64,000 nt of DNA from Caulobacteraceae bacterium (GTDB lineage Bacteria; Pseudomonadota; Alphaproteobacteria; Caulobacterales; Caulobacteraceae): contig JAYTRF010000132.1 of the NCBI GenBank assembly GCA_043746375.1, forward strand, positions 12,295 to 76,294. The letters are read 5' to 3'. Below are positions 51,127-59,870 of the stretch, in pieces. Within the stretch, counting starts at the first letter, position 1. Every line of letters starts with the position of its first letter. The translations under genes and the position numbers were made by a program. The notes beneath the pieces were generated by a model. That model worked only from the letters and a program-made list of their open reading frames with translations, searched no databases and was not told where the DNA came from.

Positions 51127-51374
51127 GATCGGCACGTCTCCTGACTTCCGCGACCCGGCGTCTATGACGCTAGGTCCGGTGCAAGAGATAATTCCCACGG
51201 CGCGCAACAAGACGGCATTGCTGCTCTCGCTGTCGCCGAGGCGGCAAGCGTGCGGGTCTCGACGAGTTCGCGCCGATTGAAAGCAGTTGCCCTAAGAGGC
51301 CCTGCGATGGGCAGAGTTGGGCTCCGCAGTGTTGGTGGTCCCGGCGGCTAGGAGAGCAGAAGACGCTCGACGGG

Positions 51375-52685
51375 CTACACCACTCCGGCGGCGGGGGCGA
51401 CGTCGGCGCTGCCGGGGAAAACAGTGCTGTCGAGGGCAGCGCGTTCGACGCCGAGGTGTTCGGCCAAGAGGCCCTTGAAAAGGCCGCGCATATCCATCGT
51501 CGGCGCTGTGTCGCGGTTCTCGAACAGGCGGTTCTGGGCCAGGGTTGGCCAGTCGCCGACAATCCCGCCCTTTTTCAGAGCGCCGCCGAGCAGAAGCGCC
51601 GTCGATGCGGTGCCGTGGTCGGTGCCGCCGGTGCCGTTGACGTGCGCGGTGCGGCCGAATTCGGTGGCCATGACCACGGCGGTGTCGCTCCAGGCCGGGC
51701 CCAACCCGCTCGCCAACCCGTCGAGGAAGGCGTCGACATAGGCAAGGCGCGTGGCGAGTTGACCTTGCGATGATCCTTGATTGGCGTGGGTGTCGAAGCC
51801 GTCGATTGACACTGCCGCGACCTGCTTGCCGTCGGGCTGGGTCATGAAACCGGCAAGAGTGGCGCCGAGTTTTCGCGCCTGGGGCAAGCCTTGTTTGAGG
51901 TATGGCCGCAGCGCTGCGCCGCCTGCGTCGGCCTGACCGTTCATCGCCGGGGCGGCGCCAGCCATTCCGGTGTCCGCCACCTCAAGGCCCGCCGCATCGG
52001 CGGTGGCGACCTTGGCCATGGCCTCGGTCGATAGTCCGCTGGCCAGGGCCGGGCCAAGGAGGGGATCGTGGGCGTAGAGATCGGCGAGGATCCCAGGCAA
52101 CCGGTGATCGCGCTCGGCGCCGCCGCCTGGCGACCAGGATGCGGCCTCGACCTTGCCGCGCAGGATCAGGGGCGCGGTCGGACCGACGGAAATTGCGCGC
52201 ACCTTGCCGGCTGGACCCATCGCCTCCAGGGCGCGGTTCAGCCAGCCAGAGCTGGTTCCATAAACGACGTTTCCCCCGCTTTCGAGTACGTCCTGGGCTT
52301 CAAAGTGGGAGCGGGCGCGGTCGGGGGTGGCCACCGCCGGCGCGATCCGCGCCTCCCCCTTCTGGGCCAGAGCGTAGGTCGCCGTCATGGCCGGATGCAG
52401 CCCGAACGTCTGGTCCAGTTTCAGGGCGCCGCCCGGCTGGCCAAAGCCCGGCAGGGCGATCGCGCCGCGCAGTCCCACATAGTTCGCATCGCCGACCGGA
52501 GGCGACAGCGATAGTCCGTCCAGGCCGCCTCTGCAGACGATGACCACCAGCCTCTTCTTCGCCAAGGCCCCATCGACGGCGGCGTACGCGCGCGAACCGA
52601 GGAACTCGATGGTGACGCCAAGGCCAACGGCGGCCAGCAAGGCATGGCGCCGAGTGAAGTCCGGCGAGGAAAGGCGGCGGGTCAT
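51375..52685 (-). CDS. DUF1501 family Tat-exported protein
   Basis: TRRHALL twin-arginine leader, RGGLDGL, LHP, RSHFEAQD, FDTH, TEFGRT..NG..GTDHG. Confidence 0.88.
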   Translation of the reverse strand: MTRRLSSPDFTRRHALLAAVGLGVTIEFLGSRAYAAVDGALAKKRLVVIVCRGGLDGLSLSPPVGDANYVGLRGAIALPGFGQPGGALKLDQTFGLHPAMTATYALAQKGEARIAPAVATPDRARSHFEAQDVLESGGNVVYGTSSGWLNRALEAMGPAGKVRAISVGPTAPLILRGKVEAASWSPGGGAERDHRLPGILADLYAHDPLLGPALASGLSTEAMAKVATADAAGLEVADTGMAGAAPAMNGQADAGGAALRPYLKQGLPQARKLGATLAGFMTQPDGKQVAAVSIDGFDTHANQGSSQGQLATRLAYVDAFLDGLASGLGPAWSDTAVVMATEFGRTAHVNGTGGTDHGTASTALLLGGALKKGGIVGDWPTLAQNRLFENRDTAPTMDMRGLFKGLLAEHLGVERAALDSTVFPGSADVAPAAGVV

Positions 52686-54065
52686 CGGCGTTGGAACTCC
52701 GGACTCATCAACAGGATGGAAAGACCTTCCGGGCGCGTCTCCGCCCTGGCGATGGTCATGCCGGCCACGCGCGTCAGGCGGGCGCCAAGCGCGCTGGTAG
52801 CCAGAACGCTCGGATCGCGGCCACTGGTCGCACGGGCGGCGAAAGTCTCGCTCCACACCATGCGCTTGATGACGGCGTCCGGCGCGCACCAGACCTGCGC
52901 GTCCTCGGGCCATCCCTTGGGAGAGGGAGCGCTGAACGGCTTTTGGCCCATCGCATTCAAAATCGGCGCAACCGTTGCGACTTCGCTTGGAACGTAATCG
53001 GCGGCGCGCCAGCTCGAGACCAGGAACTCGTAGGGCGTCTTGAACTTCCTGGCCGGCGGATCCCAGGCTTCCGGCGAGGCAATCAGGGTCTTGGCGACGG
53101 CGCCCAACTCGCCCCCGGAATCCAGGTACGAGCGCTGGAGGCGGGTCACCAGCGCCGGGGGCGGGTCATCGGCGACGAAATGGCGGGCGATCTTGGTGGC
53201 CAGATGGTTGGCCGTGTGCGGGCTTGCGGCCAGATACTTCATCACGGCAAGCGCCTGGTCCTGGCCGCCCTCGGCATACTGCCTTCCCATGATCATGCGG
53301 GGGCCCGGCTCGTGGGCCATGGGCCGAAACAGGAAGCGGCCGGCGCGATCGTCAGGCTCGCGCAAGCCGCCGATGCTCCACCCGGTCATCGCCTTGGTGA
53401 ATTCCGTCACGTCCGCCTGGGTGTAGCCAGCCCCGACCCCCACGGTGTGCAGCTCCGATCTCGCGGGCGAGATTTTCGTTCAGTCCCGCCTTGTTCCGGC
53501 CCTTGGAGCGGAAGCGCGCGGCCATGGTGTCCGGACCGATGGATTGGGCCTGGTCCAGATAGAGCAGCATCGCCGGATGGCTCGAGGAGGCGACGAGAAG
53601 GTCTTCGAAACGCCCGAACACATGGGGCCGGATCGCTTCCTGCTCGAAGGGGCCGATAAGGGGCGCTGTGACGAACTTGGTGGCCGAGACCGTGAAGTGG
53701 TTTGCCCAGAAGAGGGCCCAGCGCTCACGGAAAGCATCGTCGGTGCGCGCCGCGAGCTGCATGCGCGCCAGGTAGTCGACGCCCGTGTCGTCGCGCAGCA
53801 TCCGCGCCGCCATCTTCACCGGATCGGACTTGGGATCGCCGGCGGCGCGCGCCTGTTTGCGCTGTTGCTGGTACTGGCGAAACTCGGTGAACCGCTCGGC
53901 CGAACCCGGAGGATTGGCCTGCGGCTGGTCGGCCCCTTCGGGGCGGATCTCACTGGCGAGGTAGCCTTGCGGATCGCTTCGCGCGTCGGCGATCTCGCCT
54001 GGCCGTGCGCCCATGCCAAAGCGGGTGGCGGCGATGGCGGCGTTCAAGTCCTTGTCGATAGCCAA
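52682..54065 (-). pseudogene. DUF1800 family gene with frameshift near 53456
   Basis: 5' part (RFG.G, FW.NHF, ML.YLD, GLNENLAREI) and 3' part (ELHTVGV..GYTQ.DV, PS.KGW, SPEFQRR) are in different frames, separated by one stray G. Confidence 0.8.
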
Positions 54066-54223
54066 GCGACGGCTCCCTTGGATGCGCTGAGGCGAAATCA
54101 ACCATTGAACGGGGGCAATGGGCAATTCCGTCGGCCGTACCGATGCGCTGTCAGAAGGGGTCGCCTTGTCACCCGCCGGCGCCGCCGCTACGCCTTGGCG
54201 CTGGCCAGCGGTAGGGGCGATCC

Positions 54224-55756
54224 ATGCGACACATCCTCGACGAGCTTGAGAAACGCCGGGCGCAGGCGATCGCCGGGGGCGGGGAACGCCGCGTCGCCGC
54301 CCAGCACGCCAAGGGCAAGCTCACGGCCCGTGAACGCATCGCGGTGCTCCTCGACGAAGGTTCGTTCGAGGAATTCGACATGTTCGTCGAACACCGCAGC
54401 CATGACTTCGGCATGGAGGGTCAACGGGTTCCAGGGGACGGCGTTGTCACCGGCTGGGGCACGGTCAGCGGACGCACGACCTACGTATTCTCTAAGGATT
54501 TCACGGTCTTCGGCGGCTCGCTTTCCAAGGCGCACGCGGAAAAGATCGTCAAGGTGCAGGAGATGGCGGTCCGCAACGGAGCGCCGATCGTCGGGCTCTT
54601 CGATGCCGGCGGCGCTCGCATCCAGGAAGGCGTCGACTCGCTGGCCGGCTATGCGGACATCTTCCTGCAGAATGTGCTGGCCTCCGGCGTCATTCCCCAG
54701 ATCAGCGTGATCATGGGCCCATGCGCGGGCGGGGACGTCTATTCCCCGGCGATGACCGACTTCATCTTCATGGTGAAGGACACGGCCTACATGTACGTGA
54801 CTGGCCCGGATGTCGTGAAAACCGTCATCAACGAGGATGTCAGCCACGAGGATCTGGGCGGCTACCGGGTCCACGCGCTCAAGTCGGGCGTGGCCGATGG
54901 AGCCTTCGAGAACGATCTCGAGGCCCTCACCCAAGTTCGCAGACTGATTGACTTCCTGCCGGTCTCGAACCGTGAGAAGCCGCCGCAACGCCAGTCCTTC
55001 GACGATCCCGGCCGCGAAGAGCCATCCCTCGACACCCTCGTGCCAACGAACGCCAATCAGCCTTACGACATCAAGGAACTGATCCTGAAGGTCGCGGACG
55101 AGGGAGATTTCTTCGAGATCTCGACGGAATGGGCGAAGAACATCATCACCGGCTTTGGCCGCATGGATGGCGCGCCCGTCGGCTTTGTCGCCAACCAGCC
55201 GCAGGTGCTGGCCGGCGTGCTCGACATCGACGCGTCCCGCAAGGCTGCGCGATTCGTGCGCTTCTGCGATGCGTTTTCGATACCTCTCGTCACCTTCGTC
55301 GATGTTCCAGGATTCATGCCGGGCACCAAGCAGGAGCAGGGCGGGCTGATCAAGCACGGCGCCAAGCTCCTGTTCGCCTATGCCGAGGCCACCGTCCCGA
55401 AGATCACCGTGATCACCCGCAAGGCCTACGGCGGCGCCTTTGACGTGATGAGTTCAAAGAACCTGCGCGGAGATCTGAACTACGCCTGGCCCACCGCGGA
55501 GATCGCGGTCATGGGACCAAAACAGGCGGTGGAGATCATCTTTCGCGCCGACATCGGCGATGCGGAGAAGCTGTCCAAGCGTGAAGCCGAGTACAAGGCC
55601 CACTTCGCCAACCCGTTCGTGGCCGCCTCGCGCGGCTATATCGACGACGTGATCATGCCCCGCGAAACCCGCCGCCGCATCGTCCGAGCCCTTTTCAGCT
55701 TGAAGTCCAAGTCCCTTTCCAACCCATGGAAGAAACACGACAATATCCCGTTGTGA
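54224..55756 (+). CDS. pccB: Propionyl-CoA carboxylase beta (carboxyltransferase)
   Basis: [45 protein letters not shown]. Confidence 0.92.
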   Translation: MRHILDELEKRRAQAIAGGGERRVAAQHAKGKLTARERIAVLLDEGSFEEFDMFVEHRSHDFGMEGQRVPGDGVVTGWGTVSGRTTYVFSKDFTVFGGSLSKAHAEKIVKVQEMAVRNGAPIVGLFDAGGARIQEGVDSLAGYADIFLQNVLASGVIPQISVIMGPCAGGDVYSPAMTDFIFMVKDTAYMYVTGPDVVKTVINEDVSHEDLGGYRVHALKSGVADGAFENDLEALTQVRRLIDFLPVSNREKPPQRQSFDDPGREEPSLDTLVPTNANQPYDIKELILKVADEGDFFEISTEWAKNIITGFGRMDGAPVGFVANQPQVLAGVLDIDASRKAARFVRFCDAFSIPLVTFVDVPGFMPGTKQEQGGLIKHGAKLLFAYAEATVPKITVITRKAYGGAFDVMSSKNLRGDLNYAWPTAEIAVMGPKQAVEIIFRADIGDAEKLSKREAEYKAHFANPFVAASRGYIDDVIMPRETRRRIVRALFSLKSKSLSNPWKKHDNIPL

Positions 55757-55759
55757 ACA

Positions 55760-56272
55760 TCAGGCCCGGTTGGAACAATCAGCTCGGCTGATCCGATCGC
55801 CGCGCGCCAGCGGGTCGGGCAACGGGTCATTGTCCCTGGCAAATTGCAGAGAGATCGAATTGATGCAGTAACGGGCCCCGGTCGGGGGCGGACCGTCGGC
55901 GAACAGGTGGCCTTGGTGGCTGTCGCAGCGCGCGCAACGGGTCTCGGTGCGAACCATGCCGTAGCTGGAGTCGCGAACCTCGGTGACGTGCGCCGAATCG
56001 AAGGGGGCCCAGAAGCTAGGCCAGCCGGTGCCGCTCTCGAACTTGGTCTTGGCCAGGAAAAGCGGCAAGCCGCACAGCCGGCAGCAATAGACGCCATCCA
56101 GTTTATTGCCGAGCAGCCCGCCGCAAAAGGCCGCCTCAGTCCCGTGATGGAGCAGGACCTCGCGCTCTTCGCTGGACAAGGCCGCCTCCAGCCGCTGGCG
56201 TTCCGCCGGGTCCGGCGCGGTGAGATCAAAACCCGCAGGCGAGGTTCGGCTCAGGTAAGCGATGTCTGTCAT
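55760..56272 (-). CDS. msrB: Methionine-R-sulfoxide reductase (cytoplasmic copy)
   Basis: GTE..F, CRLC, SGTGWPSF, CARC..H.GH.F.DGP, RYCINS. Confidence 0.92.
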   Translation of the reverse strand: MTDIAYLSRTSPAGFDLTAPDPAERQRLEAALSSEEREVLLHHGTEAAFCGGLLGNKLDGVYCCRLCGLPLFLAKTKFESGTGWPSFWAPFDSAHVTEVRDSSYGMVRTETRCARCDSHQGHLFADGPPPTGARYCINSISLQFARDNDPLPDPLARGDRISRADCSNRA

Positions 56273-56372
56273 GAGAGGCGTCCTTGTTCGAAGGCGGCGG
56301 GAGCTGTTGTCATCGCGCCCGTGCGCGTCTACCCCGGCAACATAGTGCGCGAGGCGGCGGACGAAAGCTTAG

Positions 56373-58367
56373 ATGTTCTCCAAAATCCTGATCGCCAATC
56401 GCGGCGAGGTCGCGGTGCGGATTGCCCGCACGGCAAGGCGGATGGGAATCGGCGTGGTCTGCGTCTATTCCGAGGCTGACGCCGGGTCGCTGGCCGTCGA
56501 ACTGGCGGATGAAGCGGTGCTCATCGGCCCATCGCCCGCCGCGCAGTCCTATCTCGTAGCCGAAAAAATCATCGCTGCCGCCAGGGACACGGGTGCGCAG
56601 GCGGTACATCCGGGATTCGGATTTCTGTCGGAGCGCGCCGACTTTGCGCGCGCCTGCGCCGACTCTGGCCTTGTCTTTATCGGACCCAATCCGCACGCCA
56701 TCGAAGCCATGGGCGACAAGATAGCCTCCAAGACTCTGGCCAAGGCGGCCGGGGTGTCGGTCGTGCCCGGGCATATCGGCAAAGTCGACGGCCCGGCTCA
56801 CGCCATCGAGATTGCCGTCTCGATCGGCTACCCGGTCATGCTCAAAGCCTCCGCCGGCGGCGGGGGCAAGGGCATTCGCGTCGCGTGGAACGACCGCGAC
56901 GTGGAGGAAGGTTTCGCCGCCGTCCAGGCCGAGGCTATGGGGGCTTTTGGCGACGACCGGATCTTCATCGAGAAATACATTCAGGGCCCGCGGCACATCG
57001 AAATCCAGGTTCTAGGCGACCGGCACGGCGGCTTGGTTCACCTTTTCGAGCGCGAATGCTCGATCCAGCGACGCAATCAGAAGGTCATCGAGGAAGCGCC
57101 GTCACCACTGCTGGACGCCGATACGCGCGCGGCGATGGGCGAACAGGCCGTGGCTCTGGCGCGAGCCGTGAACTACGACTCGGCCGGCACGGTGGAATTC
57201 GTCGTAAGTCCCGACAAGTCCTTCTATTTCCTGGAGATGAACACCCGCCTTCAGGTGGAGCACCCGGTTACCGAACTGATCACTGGCGTTGATCTGGTCG
57301 AACAGATGATCCGCGTTGCGGCGGGCGAACCCCTTGGTTTTGGCCAAACGGAGCTGGCCATCAATGGGTGGGCGATTGAGAGCCGCATCTACGCCGAGGA
57401 TCCCCTGCGGGGATTTCTCCCCTCGATCGGGCGGCTGTCCCGCTATCGGCCGCCTGTGGAAGGGGCGACCGGCGCCGGGACAGTTCGAAACGATACGGGC
57501 GTGCGCGAAGGCGACGAGATCTCGATGTTTTACGATCCAATGATCGCCAAGCTCTGCGCCTGGGCGCCAGACCGTCGGGGCGCGATCGACACCATGGCCA
57601 GCGCCCTTGAGCAATTCCACGTCGAAGGCGTCGGCGAGAACACGCGCTTTTTGTCGGCGGTGATGGACCAGCCCAGGTTTGCTTCCGGCGCCTTGTCCAC
57701 GGACTACATCGCCGAGGAGTTTCCCAAGGGATTCCAAAACCCTGCCCCAACCGACTGGCAGTGGGACCTGATCACCGGTGTCGCCGTCGCCATGTACGAG
57801 GTGCGGCTTCGCCGCGCCAGAAGCATCGGCGGTTCGTCTTCGCCTGATCGAAGCAACTGGGTAGTGATATCGGGCGAGCGGCGGCGCGATGTGCGTGTCG
57901 GCGCGGAAGCGGATGGACTGACGATCGAACTGACCGATGAAGGGCGCTCGCTTCGCCTCGATGCGGTGGACTGGCGCCCTGGCGACTTCCTGTTTCGGGG
58001 TGCGCTCGCCGGGCGCGGTTTCACCGCTTCGGTTGCGGAGGGTGCCGAAGGCTTCCTGATCCGACACCGTGCGGTGCAGATGCGCGTGCTGGTGTTGACG
58101 CCGTTCTCCGCCGAACTGCATCAGCGGCTGCCGGTCAAGACGCCGCCCGACACTTCGCGCCTGATTGTCTCGCCGATGCCGGGGCTGGTGGTCTCCATGG
58201 ACGTGGTTGAGGGGGACGAGGTCAAAGCCGGGCAGGTCGTCTGCGTCATCGAAGCCATGAAGATGCAGAACATCATCCGGGCCGAACGCGATGGCCGCAT
58301 CACCCACCTCGGCGCCAAGACCGGCGACAGTGTCGCCGCCGACGACGTATTGGCAGAGCTGGGGTAA
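56373..58367 (+). CDS. pccA: Propionyl-CoA carboxylase alpha (biotin carboxylase plus biotin carrier)
   Basis: LIANRGE, HPG.GFLSE, GGGGKG, RECSIQRRNQK, EMNTRLQVEH, EAMKM. Confidence 0.9.
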   Translation: MFSKILIANRGEVAVRIARTARRMGIGVVCVYSEADAGSLAVELADEAVLIGPSPAAQSYLVAEKIIAAARDTGAQAVHPGFGFLSERADFARACADSGLVFIGPNPHAIEAMGDKIASKTLAKAAGVSVVPGHIGKVDGPAHAIEIAVSIGYPVMLKASAGGGGKGIRVAWNDRDVEEGFAAVQAEAMGAFGDDRIFIEKYIQGPRHIEIQVLGDRHGGLVHLFERECSIQRRNQKVIEEAPSPLLDADTRAAMGEQAVALARAVNYDSAGTVEFVVSPDKSFYFLEMNTRLQVEHPVTELITGVDLVEQMIRVAAGEPLGFGQTELAINGWAIESRIYAEDPLRGFLPSIGRLSRYRPPVEGATGAGTVRNDTGVREGDEISMFYDPMIAKLCAWAPDRRGAIDTMASALEQFHVEGVGENTRFLSAVMDQPRFASGALSTDYIAEEFPKGFQNPAPTDWQWDLITGVAVAMYEVRLRRARSIGGSSSPDRSNWVVISGERRRDVRVGAEADGLTIELTDEGRSLRLDAVDWRPGDFLFRGALAGRGFTASVAEGAEGFLIRHRAVQMRVLVLTPFSAELHQRLPVKTPPDTSRLIVSPMPGLVVSMDVVEGDEVKAGQVVCVIEAMKMQNIIRAERDGRITHLGAKTGDSVAADDVLAELG

Positions 58368-58511
58368 GCGCGCCACGTCGCGCGGAAAGCGTCGCGCTTC
58401 GCTCAGGATGCTGCCCGCGGTTCCCGCGAGGGCGTCTATCTCAATCTGGGTCTCGAACCATGCCGCCTGGCCGCACGCCTAAAATTTTACGCCATCGCGT
58501 GGCCCCGGAAC

Positions 58512-59054
58512 TCAAGTTAGGCGCGCCCCAGTCGTCTCCCTCGCTGTGGCGATCTCTGCACTCCAGCGCGCCAGCAGATCAACAGGCTGCGCCACCTCGA
58601 CCTTCGATATAAGATTGTCGATGAACGTCACGAAGCCGCGTGAAAACACGTTGCGGCGCAGTTTCCACATGGCGCGGTTTCCAGGTTGGGAAAAGAAGAA
58701 CTGCATGATCATAACCATGCCCTCAAACGAGTCTTCGTTCATCAGTCTGTGAACGTGTTGTAAAAAGGCATCTTCGAATCCAACGAGACTTGCCAACCAC
58801 GAATAGAGGAATTGATGGAGTTCCGATTGTGTAATGTCAGCGTTGCCTGCGCGACCCTTATAATTTGCATCCACTATCCCGGCGTCGGCGATGCGTAACA
58901 ACAAATCCGATTGGCGAGTTGCTCGCCCTTGTTGAATAATGGCGCGCTGGTTTCTCTCCGATTGTCGTACTTGGACGCTCAGATAAACCAGCGAAATCAG
59001 CACGGCGACGGCGCTCACGAAACTGCCGATGGATGCGAGGTCGGATAGGGCCAT
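58512..59054 (-). CDS. Hypothetical N-terminally membrane-anchored protein (paralog A, low GC)
   Basis: GGAGA SD; TM helix IGSFVSAVAVLISLVYL; shares motifs with its neighbour. Confidence 0.8.
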   Translation of the reverse strand: MALSDLASIGSFVSAVAVLISLVYLSVQVRQSERNQRAIIQQGRATRQSDLLLRIADAGIVDANYKGRAGNADITQSELHQFLYSWLASLVGFEDAFLQHVHRLMNEDSFEGMVMIMQFFFSQPGNRAMWKLRRNVFSRGFVTFIDNLISKVEVAQPVDLLARWSAEIATARETTGARLT

Positions 59055-59204
59055 GGAATGTCTCTCCGGTTTGGGCCGCTGTCGCGGCGCCGCCAGCGTA
59101 ACCGGCGTAGGGTGCGGGAACGAGGGGATAGCGCGGCGCCTCACGATCTTCGGTAGGCGCGAGGATTAAGCGTGACGTCACCGACACTTCGGCCGGAGCC
59201 TCCA

Positions 59205-59750
59205 ATGTCGCTAGAACACCTCTACTATCTCAGCCAGACGGTCGCAGCGGCGGCGGTGATGGCATCATTGATTTATCTGGCGCTCCAGACCCGGCAGGCC
59301 GCACGCAACCAAAGGGCGCAGATTCACGACAGCCGGGCATTGTGGATCGTCGGCGTGATTCAGAAGTCGACCGACCCGGGCCTGCATGAAGTTCTCCTGG
59401 CAGGCGCCCGTGCCGATCCCTCCCTGCCAATGGACCGAGCCGGCCAGTTCGCAAGCTACGCGCTGTCCTACTTCATCGTCTGGGAAGAGTTGTTCCGGCA
59501 AAGGCGCGACGGCATGATCGACGACTCCCGTTGGCGATCATCCGAGACTTTTCTCAAGCAATATCTTCGCACTCCCGGCTGGCGAGCGGCCAGCAGGCAG
59601 TTTATGCCGATTTGCGATGCCGGATTCAGCGCATTGCTAGAGCGGCTCCTAGCCGAGGCCAGGGCGGACACGACCCCGTCCACCGGATCGGTAGACTCCT
59701 GGAAGCTGCTGGCCGCCGAAGAGAGGGCGGCGATCATTCATCCGGATTGA
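59205..59750 (+). CDS. Hypothetical N-terminally membrane-anchored protein (paralog B)
   Basis: GGAG SD; TM helix TVAAAAVMASLIYLAL; shares Q.RQ..RNQRA.I and PG.RA motifs. Confidence 0.8.
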   Translation: MSLEHLYYLSQTVAAAAVMASLIYLALQTRQAARNQRAQIHDSRALWIVGVIQKSTDPGLHEVLLAGARADPSLPMDRAGQFASYALSYFIVWEELFRQRRDGMIDDSRWRSSETFLKQYLRTPGWRAASRQFMPICDAGFSALLERLLAEARADTTPSTGSVDSWKLLAAEERAAIIHPD

Positions 59751-59870
59751 GCGCTGACCTAGGGGCCCGATCCGCGCCGCACTGGCCTGCAGGAGGCGAG
59801 GTTCGGGGCCCCGCCCTTTCCCCCGAGCTGACCTTGGACTATGCCGCCCCCAAACAGCATTGAGGATTTC

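Noticed and set aside
53445-58376. Several ORFs of about 390-425 aa overlapping DUF1800, pccB and pccA in other frames
   Set aside because: Arg/Ala-rich or mirror-frame translations overlapping well-supported genes
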